Part shown: positions 24,550 through 36,930 of the stretch, in pieces
Layout: every line of letters begins with the position of its first letter
Position numbering within the stretch: the stretch's first letter is position 1
Source: Basidioascus undulatus
Taxonomy: Eukaryota
Assembly: GCA_000826855.1 (NCBI GenBank)
Contig: JTLS01000053.1
Span: 1-37,133, forward strand
Length of the DNA: 37,133 bases
Direction: 5' to 3'
The notes under the pieces: generated by a model
What the model was told of the DNA's origin: nothing
Database searches by the model: none
The model's input: the letters and a program-made list of their open reading frames with translations, nothing else
Made by a program: the position numbers and the translations under genes

Positions 24550-26000
24550 TTGCCTCTTTCCCTGCTAGTCAGAATAAGGCTCGAAAAAGATGGTTCCGCG
24601 GGTGAACGTGTACGCGATGCGTGGATGCCAGCTTGGCTTTGCGGCTGCCCTATTGCATTCTTCCACGGCACAAGTTTCTCAGAAGAAAGTACCAAGGTCA
24701 ATCACCCCCGAAGATATATGTCTGACAGTTCTTTGCATTCTCGTTGGCTTGTCAAATATACAAGCTCCACGTGTCGGCCATGTCTTGCGTCCCGAGCGTT
24801 TCCCTACCATGGCAAAGTCCACGATCCATTCTCCAAAAAATTAGATTATATCGATTTGAGTTTCTCGGTCCGGCAATGAAGACAGTAGCCATCCGCCCGC
24901 CTCCCGCCGTCCCGTCCCTAGTCCGCACCGCCTTCGCACCTGGGTACTCTCGAACTCTCAGGAAATAGCCTGCACACGCCTATCCAGGCGCTCGCCGAAG
25001 CTGCGGCCAAGGCGGCGCCGTACCTATCGGAGGAGAAGGACCGGTTTGAGCGGGACGACGGCGCCCACCGCCCTTCCAAGAAGCGGGCAGTGACTCGGCT
25101 CCTCGCTCCGACGCAGCAGAAGCACTCCTTTGACGTGGTATCGAAGGGTCTCATAGCGGAGCGTGAAGCCCGCCGTCTCGTCTCTCTGTGCGTGTCTTCT
25201 CTCTATTCCCCTCGGCTTCGAGCTCTGGGCTGAATCGTGTTCCAATGTGGATGAAGGAGCTTCAGCCGTTCTGCTCGGTGCTCGATCCGAAGCTGGACAC
25301 GTACAGCCTCCGTCGCCGCTCCCCCTTCCTTCTCAACACCGTCGTGTACACGGCTGCGCGCACAGGGGCCGGGAACGCGCAACCGTCTAAAGAGCTCATC
25401 GCTGCGGCGGACGAGACGCGGCTGTTTGCGCAGACACTAGCGTTTGAGACGAGCCCGCCGATCGAGACCGCGCAGGCGTTTTTGCTGATGGCGTGCTGGC
25501 ACGAGTTATTGATCGTACTTTCAACGCACGCAGGATCGAAGAGCGATCGTTATACGTTGTCAGGTTATGCAATGCGCATGGCGCTGGCGAGCAGATTTGA
25601 TACTGTATTCGATCAGCTGGACGCGCACGGCTGGGGCATGGCGGACGACAAAGCCCGAGAGCTGATCGCCGTGGCTCGGGCCTGGCTCTACTTGATCTTC
25701 CTCGACTTCAAGTGAGTCCGCCTAGGTTGTGGGAGTGACGCACTACATATCAAGACCTTCCTGTCCAGGCATAGCGCCAGCACTGGTCGGATGATCTTGA
25801 TTCGCCAGCACGAAGCCGAGCGCGTCGAGCACGCGGCCGACAGGCTCTTGAGCTCGCCGTTCGCCATCAAAGCCGACATTTGCACGGTCGCGAACCTCCA
25901 CTCGCTCTGATGCAGCGCAAGGTCATCGACACTGTGAAACTCCACAACGGCCTGGAGCTCTAGCCCGCAGTTCAGTACGTGCGCAAGATGCAGTCGGAGC
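24550..26000 (+). pseudogene. Zn(II)2Cys6 fungal transcription factor, degraded
   Basis: Zinc-cluster relic QNKAR...*TCTRCVDASLA(C) near 24570-24645. Middle homology region DVVSKGLIAEREARRL, LDPKLDTYSLRRRSPFLLNTV, PPIETAQAFLLMACW, LSGYAMRMA, ARAWLYLIFLDFK|HSASTGR. Premature TGA at 25908-25910. Confidence 0.8.
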
Positions 26001-26402
26001 TGCAGCTGTGGCATGCCCGTTCCGGTTGATAACACACCCAGCTGATCAAGAGTGAAGAACCCATATGATCTTGCCAGAAGTCCGCTATGTAACTGAGCAC
26101 TGCAAAAAAAACAGAGTGCAAAGGTAAAACTTGCAAAGGTGGCTGACCACAAAAGCCTCATGGAATGTGGCTCACTTCAGGTGCTGCAAAGGACAATGCA
26201 TGCTCCAGCAATTGTGGCATGCAAGCACTTGCTACCCTGTGAGAGGAACTGCCATGACTGAGGGCCGCTGCACCCTGGGTTGACTGGGAAACATTGACTT
26301 CCTTCATCACATTACACCACCCAGACTGACTTGAAGTAACTCTAGCTTTTCAATTCTCCCACTTCTACATAAAAATGGTGATTAGAGATGCCAAAAAAGG
26401 AG

Positions 26403-26410
26403 AAAAAAAA
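26403..26410 (-). terminator. Pol III oligo-T terminator of tRNA-Ser
   Basis: Run of eight T, 2 nt downstream of the tRNA 3' end. Confidence 0.8.
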
Positions 26411-26412
26411 TT

Positions 26413-26508
26413 CGACGCCTGTGTGATTCGAACACACGCTCCCAGAGGGAACTGCCTAACAATTGTTTCATTAGCAGGGCAGCGCGTTAACCACTCCGCC
26501 AAAGCGCC
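26413..26508 (-). tRNA. tRNA-Ser(GCT) with a 14-nt intron (26458-26471)
   Basis: GGCGCTT-TG-GCGGAGTGGTTAACGC-G-CTGCC-CTGCTA[ATGAAACAATTGTT]A-GGCAG-TTCCCTCTGGGAGC-GTGTG-TTCGAAT-CACAC-AGGCGTC-G. Long variable arm, G discriminator, T8 terminator. Confidence 0.95.
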
Positions 26509-27433
26509 GCCGAGACTCACATATTTTGCGATTCCCATCAGGCCAAACACATCACAAAGCCCCACGAAAGCGGAAGCGGAAGGCCTTCCCTCTTGTCGCG
26601 CCTTGATCCCGCTCTCTGAGGCGCACTTGTCAAATTTTCCGGCCCAATGAATGTTATAAAGGGTATATCTTTGTACTAACATAGTCTGACGAGAAGGCGA
26701 TCTGCAATAAACTTAGAGACACTCCCTAGCGAGCGCAGCTGCCAACTAATGAGGCTGTTTGAGTTTCCTTCAGAAAATCTACCAGTGATTCTGACCCGGT
26801 CCTGTTCCACCACCCGCATGCACAGCGCTCTCCCCAAATGCTCCCTGCAAGTTGCCTAGCATAAACAGTGACCACCGAGACGTGCAATGGGAACACTATC
26901 ATTGGGCGGTTATTAGTCCCAATTTTCCCTATGAGTTTTGTCGGTGAGAAGTGAGCCAGCCTACCTGTTGGTCCTGATTGCGGAGACAGCAATGGGTCAT
27001 TCACTGACATTAAGGTTATCAATGTAGCTGCAACTCAGGTAGTGTCCATAAGTGATTTTGATATAATTCCCAACATTTCCATGTTTGCCGAAATGTCAAC
27101 GCCCGTTGTATTGCGGTATTGACGAACACAGGTATCTCGCAGTGGTGTCCCCTCTCATCTTCTTGCCGACCCCCAACAATGACAGCTATGGGGCCTGAGT
27201 ACTACCGATAAGCTCTTCATATGCCAGGAACCCTTCTAGCTGCTGGTTCAGAAGGCTGGTATTACACAACAGCCCGGACCTGCGGCGTCCCGCCGCTTTG
27301 AATGGGAGGCCAGATTAGTGTTGCAAAGCCTCTATGGTTTCACTAATAGTACCCATAAATCGAGCAACAATCCTTTATAAATTGTTCAGCAAGTCTGTGG
27401 GTTCAACCGTTTTCTTGGAAATATACTTTGCGC

Positions 27434-27490
27434 GGCAGTCCCCTTTGGGCGCGTGAGTTGCAAGGCAGTTCCCGCTGGGAGGATGTATTC
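27434..27490 (+). repeat. Two tandem ~30-nt units resembling the 3' half of tRNA-Ser(GCT)
   Basis: GGCAGTCCCCTTTGGGCGCGTGAGTT (22/26 identity) and AGGCAGTTCCCGCTGGGAGGATGTATTC (24/28 identity), both ungapped against the tRNA at 26413-26508. Confidence 0.6.
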
Positions 27491-28127
27491 ACGCGGCGGT
27501 TGGCGGACGGTCTTCCTGCCCATCGCTTAACGTGCCATTACCGATACGGAACAGTGCTTTGTGGCGGATATACACCGCTATTTTGCAATGTCTTTCGTTT
27601 AGCAATTTCGTGCCACCTTGGGTCAAGTGTCTGGGCACTGGCAGTCAGTGCCAATTTCTGTGCATCTCACGGGCCCGGGTAGTTTTTTCCCTGCTAACCA
27701 AGTGCTCAGTAATAACATTCTGGTCAGTGAGCGCACCGTAGGGTCGTGGATGGGCGCCTTCGGTCAGCACACTGCGGCAGCGATCATTGCGTGTTCAGTG
27801 ACTTGCGATTACCCTATGTTGTTAAGGAAGAGGAAAGAGAGACTTCATTCAAGAAAGTACTTCCTAGTTGAATCAATACCAAGATTGCGATCCTAACAAG
27901 CAAAACATGGGGGAGTGAAGCAGTTCCGGTCGGTCATCGTGCTTGGGGGACACTTCAGTAATGTTCAAAGTGGCTTTGTCATATCACAAGAAAACCAATT
28001 AGTAAATATGGCTTCTAATTTTCACATATTGCCCGACAGTGCTTCCCTGCTCATGGAAACCAGCACCTGCACCGCCACAGCACCCGCTGCACGACAACGC
28101 TGACACCATTACAGCACCCACTCCTCC

Positions 28128-28975
28128 CTAATCCTCCAGATCCCAGAGCGTCCCCTCCAGAGTACAGTCTCTTGTCCAGGGCTCTTCCGCTCCACCTTCC
28201 CACGGCATGCCCCCGACGAGAACGGCGACGTTGGCAAAAAGCGGAGGAGGCAGCCGCGCTTTGACTTTGCCCAGGAAGTCGGCCGTGAAAGCCTGCAGAT
28301 CAGTGCCCAGAGTTCCCAGTAGTACTGGGTTAACCCTAAAAAGCCCCTTGAGTAAGTGTGGGCGAAAGAGTGAGCTGTCGTACAAGCTCGTTGATCTCAT
28401 GATCGCGCATATAAACAAGAGACTGTGCGCGCATGACGGCTAGGTGCGTGAGGCTCGTCACGCCGAGGAGTACATCTATTGAACGCCTGCCACCGAAATA
28501 GAGAGTTCGGACGGCGCGGCGCGCGATTGTGTTGATGCCGGGGATCCCCGATTCTAAACTGAATCCAATTGTCGGATTCACATACTCTTCGACCGCAGGT
28601 GGGTGTGACGGCGTAGAGATCCGACAGAGGCGTTCGAGTAGAAGCGCTGCAGAGAGGACATCATAGGAAGCAGGGTAGATCGGTTTCACTCCCTTGGTCG
28701 ACCCATTCGAAGCGAACCGATCAGAGCGAGCAGGTCGGGGCGGGCGTCTGCAGTGCGTAGAAATGCTGCAATCTGGCTCGGCTTGGCGTTCTTGCCGTCG
28801 ATGCGCTCAGCAATGGAGTTATAGAGAAGGGGAGTAGAGAGCGCATTGAAAGAGCGCGAGACCAAGCAGAGCGAGGCGAACGTCGGCGAATTACGAGTAT
28901 ACGCGAAGGGGTGCCAGGGTAACCCGGCCTCCTCGATGATGAGCTTGTGAATCTCGATGGGGGGAACATGACAAC
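28128..28975 (-). pseudogene. F-box-like protein, frameshifted
   Basis: VPPIEIHKLIIEEA...ASLCLVSRSFNALSTPLLYNSI resembles the common basidiomycete F-box-like pattern. The sequence continues only through frame changes near 28688 and 28340 to ...TLWDLED*. Confidence 0.7.
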
Positions 28976-29534
28976 AACACGCGGTATAGAGCCAATTTGT
29001 AATAGTCAATCCGAGATGAGGTAGCCGATAGCTTGAGAGGAAGCCGGGAGGATGGTGATGGTGTGTGAGGAGAAGCGGAGGCCAGAGCAGCTCTCTTCGC
29101 GGCACTTAGTTGCACGCGTTCGTTACGCCCGCACAACGCAACCGCAGTTTTTAGGGCTACTTATTCGCCCCGTTAAGGTGTGCCGTGAAGAGGGCAACGT
29201 GTCATTGTCGGCAGAGCGGGAGACAGAGCATACTGCACTGCAGCCTCACATGCAAAGAACCAAGACGCCATGGTGAAGCTCATCTCAATTGAGAAATTGC
29301 AGTTCTTCACTCGGCTCTGAGGGAAGAATCTTGCTCGCCGCACACTCGCAGAGAATTTCCGCGTTGTCCCCGAGACCACGAGGGATATGTCTGCAAATCC
29401 ATGACCTCGGCAGGTCGTTTCTACATAGCACCGATCCAAAAGGCAAACATGCACAAGAATCGCGAAACAGAGTATCCACCCGTCAAGCTCAATGCAACCC
29501 CACACTCCTGATCCCCGGACTCGCACGGCGCGAA

Positions 29535-31275
29535 TCACCACCTCTCACCAGCCCACTCCTCCTCGGTGAGCGTCTCCGCCTGGCTCGTCTGCACGCCGAT
29601 CTCGCGCTTGAGCGGGAAAACGCGGGGAAACACGAACTGTGAGAGCAATTAAAGTCAGCTTCCGCAAGTACCTGTAGGCCGTGGCAAACAGTGGAGATGG
29701 AGGACGCACGCGCTCGTCGTACTCGTGCATTACCTCGGCGGCGATGATGGCGCGGTCTTTAACGAGGTTGCCAAAGAAAGTCGTGAGGAGGTGGAGCTGA
29801 GCACGTTACACGATGTCAGATGCAGTTTATTCAGGCATTGGCACTCCATCGCACCTGGCCAGAGATGGCCAGCATGAGCACGATCGCGCCCACCCAGTTG
29901 GAGGCGTCGATGAGCTGCCAGCACAGCGCATGCGCAGGCGAGTAGATTCTGATCAGGCGTTCTCCAGTCAGCGTCGCGGACTTCTCGAGAAACAAACGGC
30001 GCACGTGAACAGAGCGAGCGCAGCTTCGTTGACCTCCCACACGTCCAGCTGCTGCACGAGTGCCCTGCCCTCGGGGAGGACTCTTCCGCGACTCGCTTGG
30101 GCGGGGTCTTCCGCTCCCGGCTTGGTGGAGAACCCGGCGAGGGAGAGGAGCGGGCGGTAGATGAGGAGTCTGCGGAGTTGAAACGCAGACGTCAGTGGGA
30201 AGGACGAGAGATAGTCAGCCTCAGGGAGCACGCACTTGAACCATTTCCACATAAACACCAACGTTGCCCAAAGCCACTGCTTCCATCCCCAGTGCTCCGA
30301 GCGGCCCTTGGAAGACTCATGCGGGAACGGGTCGACGTCGGCTTCGACCAGCTTGGCGCTCGGGGAGGCGACAGGGTCCTGCGATGCTGAGCGGTAAGAT
30401 ACGGCAACACAGAGTTAAGAAATTGGCTGAGCGACCTTGCGGAGGAACATCCTGTACGTCCGGAAGCGGGAGAAGAGGTAGTACGCGTTCCCGATCGCCG
30501 CGAGGAACAGTAACACGATCAACAGCGAGGCCTGCTCATCACGCAATGTCGGCCAATGACGATCAGCTTTAGCCGCCCGACATCCTTCACAACTGCACGA
30601 GAACACTCACCCATGGCACCGACCGCCTCTGCGCCAGCCTCAGCGCCCGCGCCCTCGTCTCGGCCCCACCGCCCGCCTTGAGCGTCGCTGAGCTGCGCAG
30701 GATGCTCTTCGTCCCGCTCTGGCTCCACTGGCGGATCCGCACCAGGAAGTGGAGCGCGTGAAGTGCGAGTCCCGCAGGACGTGCGAGGCGGATGGGCTGG
30801 AGCGCGGGTGGGAGGTTGGAGGGGTCGAGGAGGAGGGAGAGATGGAAGAGCGCGGAAGCTGGGGCGGCGAACATCCTGACGGAACCGCACAGTACGGGCG
30901 GGGCCATACACCTTCAGCGTATAAAAACGGACAATGATCCTATTATGGGACGCACCGTTCGCTCAGCGGCCGCTTCCTCACGAAGCGCGGGCTGGCCCTC
31001 CCACCCTCGCTCGCCCGTCCACCCTTGATCCTGCTCACGGGCGTCCTGAGCGGCGTGCCATCCCCGCAGCCTCCCATCAATGCTCTCCCTCCTCCCGGCG
31101 TCCCGACGCTGCGCCGAGGAACAGTCGAAGTGCCGACGCCTACGCCCGACGGTCGACGGGATGGCGTCTGCGTCTGGTAAGCCGGGTTCAGCGGCGAGCG
31201 AACCGCAGGCGAGTGCTGGAAAGCTGCTGAGCGGCGAATCGAGGATGGGCGGGAATCAGAAGAGGTGTCCGACAT
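29535..31275 (-). CDS. Nuclear rim protein Nur1/Mug154 family (DUF2418), multi-exon
   Basis: MSDTSSDSRP...; GLALHALHFLVR; AIGNAYYLFSRFRTYRMFLRK; DPVASPSAKLV; VQQLDVWE..LALFT|IYSPAHAL; LVKDRAIIAAEVMHEYDER|FVFPRVFPLKREIGVQT...GERW-TGA. Confidence 0.88.
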
Positions 31276-31613
31276 TGCTGGGCATATCTCGATTCCAGTC
31301 AAGGAGAGGATGAGCGTAAGAGTGCAAGCCGGTCTGTCGAGGTGGACGCTTGATTGTCTGGGTTCAACGTGTGCAAGTCGCGCACGCGCTTGTCTTTCTG
31401 ACTCACGCCGAGGATGCGCCAGCCTCCGCCGCCGCTCGACACATCTCTTGCGCTTCCTGGTCGCAGACTCCAGCTCCAGCACATAACACAGGCATTGCAA
31501 CTTTGATTAAGCTAGAACAACAAAATAGCCCGCTGGCGGACAACCCGGAGCTCAACCAATAGGTAGTCAAATAGTAGAGTTCATTCTCCCTCAAGTTGAA
31601 GCATACGCCCAGC

Positions 31614-33382
31614 TCAAGCCTGCTTCGCGCCCGCCTTCTCGTAGAACTTTTGCAAGTCCGCGACGTCCTCCTTGGAGCCGAGGAAGACGGGGAGGCGCTG
31701 GTGGATATCGGTGGGCTGGACGTCGAGGATGCGCTGCGTGCCGGTCGTGGCAGCACCGCCGGCCTGGAAGATTGATCAAGCGACAGGTCAGCGCACAACG
31801 TCAAGAGGAAGGGAGACAGGACATGATCTCGAACGTACCTGCTCTGTAAGGAACGCCATGGGGAACGCCTCGTACAGGATACGCAGCTTACCGCTCTTCG
31901 CCTTCTTGTCATCGGGGTAGCCTGCACATCACGTCCGGTCGTCATCAGCCCCACTTGCCACACATCTCATTCTCAAGAGTAAACGCACCGAAAATACCGC
32001 CGTACAACAGAGTACGGTGCACGTCGGCAACCATGGAACCGATGTCTGTCACCGCCCCAGTTTGTGTCAGCGACATGCTATCTCCATACCGACACAATTG
32101 AGAGGAGCATACGTACAGCGAGCAGAGTAGGGCTTGCCGTTGGCGGGGAACTTGATGGAATCAAGGTACTGCTTGACGGGCTCGTGGAAGTACATGCTGT
32201 TGCCCTCGTTAAACGAGTAAATCTTGCCGCGGGAGGGGACCTCGATCTAATATCATGCGCATCACACGACTCGTCAGCCGTCACGGTGGATATGGACTTG
32301 AGAGCGGAAAGGGGAACAGAACGCACGTTGGGGTGGGTGAGGATGAACTCGCCGAGCGCGGGGTCGAGCGTGTAGCCATTGACGCCGTTGCCAGTCGACA
32401 TGACAAGGTTGCAGGAGGAACCGTACCTAAAGGCCGTAAGTGGGTCAGCCGCGCTCCACTTTTATCTCAAGATCCGAGCGCACATGGTGTAGCCCGCCGC
32501 GACCATATCCCGTCCAGGACGCAGCACGTCCTCGAGCGTGCCCTTGGAGCCTTCCCGCTGTTACCGCCGCCAAGCGCCAGATCAGCACTGGTGAATCACT
32601 CAGATTCAATCGGCTCATCCCCCACGTACCACCTTGTAGATACCGAAGATCGTACCGATGTTGACACCGGCGTCGATGTTGCTAGAGCCGTCGAGCGGGT
32701 CGAACACGACGCAGTACTTGCCGCGGAGGTGGTCGTCCTCGACAAAGATCGCGTTCTCGTTCTCCTCCGAGACGAGCACGGCAGTCTTGCCGGACGCCCG
32801 CAGAGCGTTGATCATGATGTCGTTCGAGAGCACGTCCAGCTTCTTCTGGTCCTCGCCCTGAACGTTCTGCTCGCCCGCCAGACCGATTCTGGAAGCGAGA
32901 AGCGCACTTCATCAGTGGATTGAACAGATAGAGGCTGAAACTACAGATGCAGGACGTACAAGTTGATCAGGCGCGCCTTACGGACATTGGTAGCGATGAA
33001 CTTGCTCGTTACTTGGATGGCGGTGAGCAGGAGGGTGAGGTCGCCGGTCGCCGCGGAGTTGACGGTGTGTTGCTCGGAAAGGACGTGGCTGGAAAGCAAT
33101 AGCTTGCTTATCAGCAGAACGTTTCTCGTGACCGGACGGAAGAGCGTACCGGGTGAGGGTGATGAGGTCGGTGGAAGGGGGCTGCTCCTCGGCCCTGCGA
33201 ATGATAAGTGTCAATCGGCTTGGTTCTCGGCGCGTGGGGTTGCTCCATGCAGCTGATATACTGGTTTTTGTGTCTGTGCTTCTTCGATCGACAACCGACC
33301 AGCAGGCAGGGGAGAAGTGCACGGACTACGAAGCCCCCGTGCTTGCCCCATTCCCCTCGAAGCCTCGACGCTCGACTCACAT
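31614..33382 (-). CDS. FBP1: Fructose-1,6-bisphosphatase class 1, many introns
   Basis: [147 protein letters not shown]; ends AKQA-TGA. Confidence 0.97.
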
Positions 33383-36300
33383 GATGGTAGTTGTTTCGGG
33401 GGGTGAGATGAAGTGTGGTGGGAGGAGTGTGTGTCGAAAGCTGGTCCAGGAGGGGAGCGAAGGCGCAGAGGCAGTGATCGTCGTTGAGACACGCGGACAA
33501 GCACAATCAAGGGAGAGGTCGGACGAGCAGGAGAAAGAGAAGACCCAGAGTCCGTCAGCCTCCTATCATCAACGGCGCCGATGCATGATGACTAAACCTA
33601 CAAGATTCGCTGGTTTATACTGAAGAAGTCGCGTGTGGTGGTTGTCGGAAGGCAAGAGCCGCTGGCATTCAAGTGAGGGAAGGACCGGAGCGCGCAGTCT
33701 CCGCCAGCGAGCTCATGAGCATGACGACAGGTGGCCGGGGAACGCCGATTAGAAGTGCGGGGAACGCTAGGGACCCAGATGCCGACTCCGCGCTGCGCTT
33801 GCCTTTCTGTTGGAGTTGTTGGAGTGCCCATTTCATCCATTATTATTATTTTGCAGTTCCAGGGCTAATGCGTCATACAAGACGTTAAGATGCTGCTATT
33901 GGGACCGATGCAATTCACAGAAGCAGGAACCTCGTCTCATGCGGTTACAAGAACAGAATTTAAGATCGAGGTGCTACCGCTGGCTGTCGCTGTACACGTG
34001 CGTACCTGTCACGGTGCAGGCGGGCCGGTGGATCAATCGTCCTCGGAAGGCTTGTTGCAGCTCACAACAATCCAGTATGTACTTTGTTTTTTGTGAAGGC
34101 CGTGAGACTACCCTGTCTGGCGCGGGTAACCACCTGCCTCTTTTGGGTTAGCGTGGTTATGGATAGTGTACTATAGATGATGTAATCAAGCTTACGTGCA
34201 CCCCCCTTTTTCAGTGGCCTTATTGCGGGCGCCAGCGGCTGCATTTGCGTTCCAGCCTCTCACCTTTGCCAGTCGTTTCTCTTCAACCCAAACCCCCATA
34301 TCTATCCATATCTTCATATTAAAAATCTCTGCACCGCCGCCGGACTCCCCGCCCTCCTCTGTCCTCCACAGATCATCCTACCTCAACCCCACCACCCTCT
34401 CCGCCTCCTTTGCTCCCGTGCCCGCCCATCAGCCATTCTACTTCCCTCCTCCCTCTGCCCCGGCGCGGCACCTGCACCCACCTGGACCCGCCCTTGACCC
34501 CCCCTGCCCAGCTCTCCACCTCCCCCTCCCTCCTCTTCCCCCATGATATTCGCAAGCTACATGATGCCATTCCGGATGTTCAGGTCGTACGTTCAAACTC
34601 GCAAAGTTGCGCCGTCCGACTGCCAGGCTTTGAAAGCTGGCTTCCAAGACGGTGGATGAAGCGGAGAACCAAGAAGGCGGCTTTGTCATACTGCAAAACA
34701 CTCAAGCAGCAATGCACACCATCTCCCTCGTCGTATTGCCTGTCAGTTTCCCCGCTTGAAACAGACAAGCACCCCCACAACCAGAGCACCCGCACCCCAT
34801 CACATATCACAGCACCATGAAAATTTGAACCAGGTTCTCCCCTCTTGGCCTTCCAACCTCCACCGCAACATCCTGGTAGCGATTCTGACTTGCAGTCTTT
34901 CCTGCAATTCTGGTCCTCCTCGCTTCAGCGGCTTTCGCACTCTGGGTACTCGTAGATGCGCGCCGTGCCATGAGCGAGGCCGGAGGTGCGGAAGACGTAG
35001 AGAAGGACTCCGTTATAGCGAGCAAGGAGAGTTGAAGCTTCGCGGGGTGGTATTTGACGAGTAGCAGCTGGCGGGCACGGCGGGCGTACCTCGAAGCCGT
35101 CTTGCATCAATCATTACTTTTTTTCTTTTTGCCAGATGTACTTCTCTGTGACAAAGAAAAGGTTCTCGGTTCCCCTTGGTATTCATATGCGCTCATGGCA
35201 GGCAGTGTACAGGCCGACTGGGGCTGATTTCAGCGAGCTTGCGACGCATCGGCTAGGCCTCCAGATCGGGTCCGGGTCCGGCTCCCCTCTAACCGTTGGC
35301 TCATTCCCTCCAGGCCAAGCTTTATTTATGCAGCTCACACGGTACCACGCTTCAATGATGGGGGGATTGAAATACGTAATGATACTACAGAATTGAGTCC
35401 AATTGAGGCTAGGCCAATACCGCTGTAGCCTGCAGTCCAGTCTGAAAGGCAACCGCTTTCCTGCATTCATGGCGCCCAAGCAGGAACCCGTGCAGAACTG
35501 TGTCCAGACAAGTACTCTCCCACAGCCGTCTTGTCCACCTATAAATTACATACCCTTCTCCTTCCAGTCTTGGACTGTAGGACTTAGTCTCCTTGTGAGA
35601 ATGGCAGCGGAGGAAGGGGGTGCGTCCTCGGCCTGCGTGCGACCGTTTAGGAGCACTGATATCGAGAGACCCATGGCTGCCAGGAAACTGCAACGCACCA
35701 TTGCTCGAGCACCCAGATCTCCCTGCACCCCACCTCGTGCTCCCGTCTCCCGACAGCCAGTTCGCGACGACCAATCTGAACCCCCGGCAAGCCAGCAGAT
35801 GACCCTTCGTCAGCGCTCTAACCCTCCAGTCCGGGGATGGATCAACGTACATCCGTCTCTCGGGCCGACACTGCCGCTTCGCGCTGGGCCAGCTCGCCCA
35901 GCTTGACCTGCACGCTCCCGTTGCTGTGCAACGCCGCTGCCCCGCACTGCGAGCGCGACTCGCGCTCAGCGATTGCCGCCTCCCGTGCTGCGACAGCCTG
36001 TCATTCGCAAGGCAAGCATATAAGCATGTGCTGGACCTGGATTCTGGAGCGCTTGGAGGTCAGGGAGTGCACCCACACCTTCGCGCTCCATAAGGTGCTT
36101 GAACCTGTGCGGCCATCGGACCGGGAGGAAGGGGCAGGTAAGGTGTGGCAAGGATGAGGGATACGAAGGCGATTGCGAAGACATGATAACCAAGATCAGG
36201 GTTGTTCGATGGAGCGGACGATGGTGTTATCGAGAACGAGGATGACATACCAGCCGGTAGTTATTGCAGCCGACGAGGCCAGCTTGTTGGCCGGGAGTGC

Positions 36301-36930
36301 CACTCTCGAAACCGTGCGGGGGAGAAAGACGCCGATGAGAAAGAACAGCTGTGAGTCTTGTTGCGTTTATGTGGCATATGAGAAGGTAAATGTTCACTGA
36401 ACAGACAACAAGCGTGAAACAGAGACGAGACCATGGCAACAGGACGGACCGTTGCAAGAAGTTTGAAACCCGCCTTTTCAAGATTCCTTGAACACGGAAG
36501 GTGGATAGTTGCCCTACCAAAAAGTGTGACACTCATTCGTGATGAATGTTTCCTTTGGGACCGGGTGAAGACGGGAAGGCAGCTCGAGAACAGAAAGTGT
36601 GCGTCTGGTCCGTACGTTGAGAAAGTCGGCGGCTGCATGCAGCCCACTCCTCCCTGACGTTCCTGACTGTCCCATTCAAAGTTTCAGCTGTAGAAACCCT
36701 GGTTGCCTTCTTTCAAGTCTCGCTGCGTCCGTACGTCCTGTCAGTCTCCGGACAGTTCGTCGTGTCTGACCGTGTTTCTGTTTGCAGCGACGTCTAAACC
36801 GACATACGCGCCTGGCGCCAGGCATCGTTTAATCATCTTCAGATCGCCAAGTGTCCGTGTTACAGTAGATGCAAAACAATGCCCTCCCCCTCTCAAGTCA
36901 AGATTCCACAATGCATCCGCAGCGCTAGAT

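Noticed and set aside
27560..27720. EKNYP/PRWHE as a retrotransposon RNase H relic
   Set aside because: Motif spacing is inconsistent and no RT, integrase or LTR is visible.
28331..28339. TAACCCTAA as a telomerase RNA template
   Set aside because: A 9-mer is expected by chance at this scale, and it lies antisense within the F-box-like relic.
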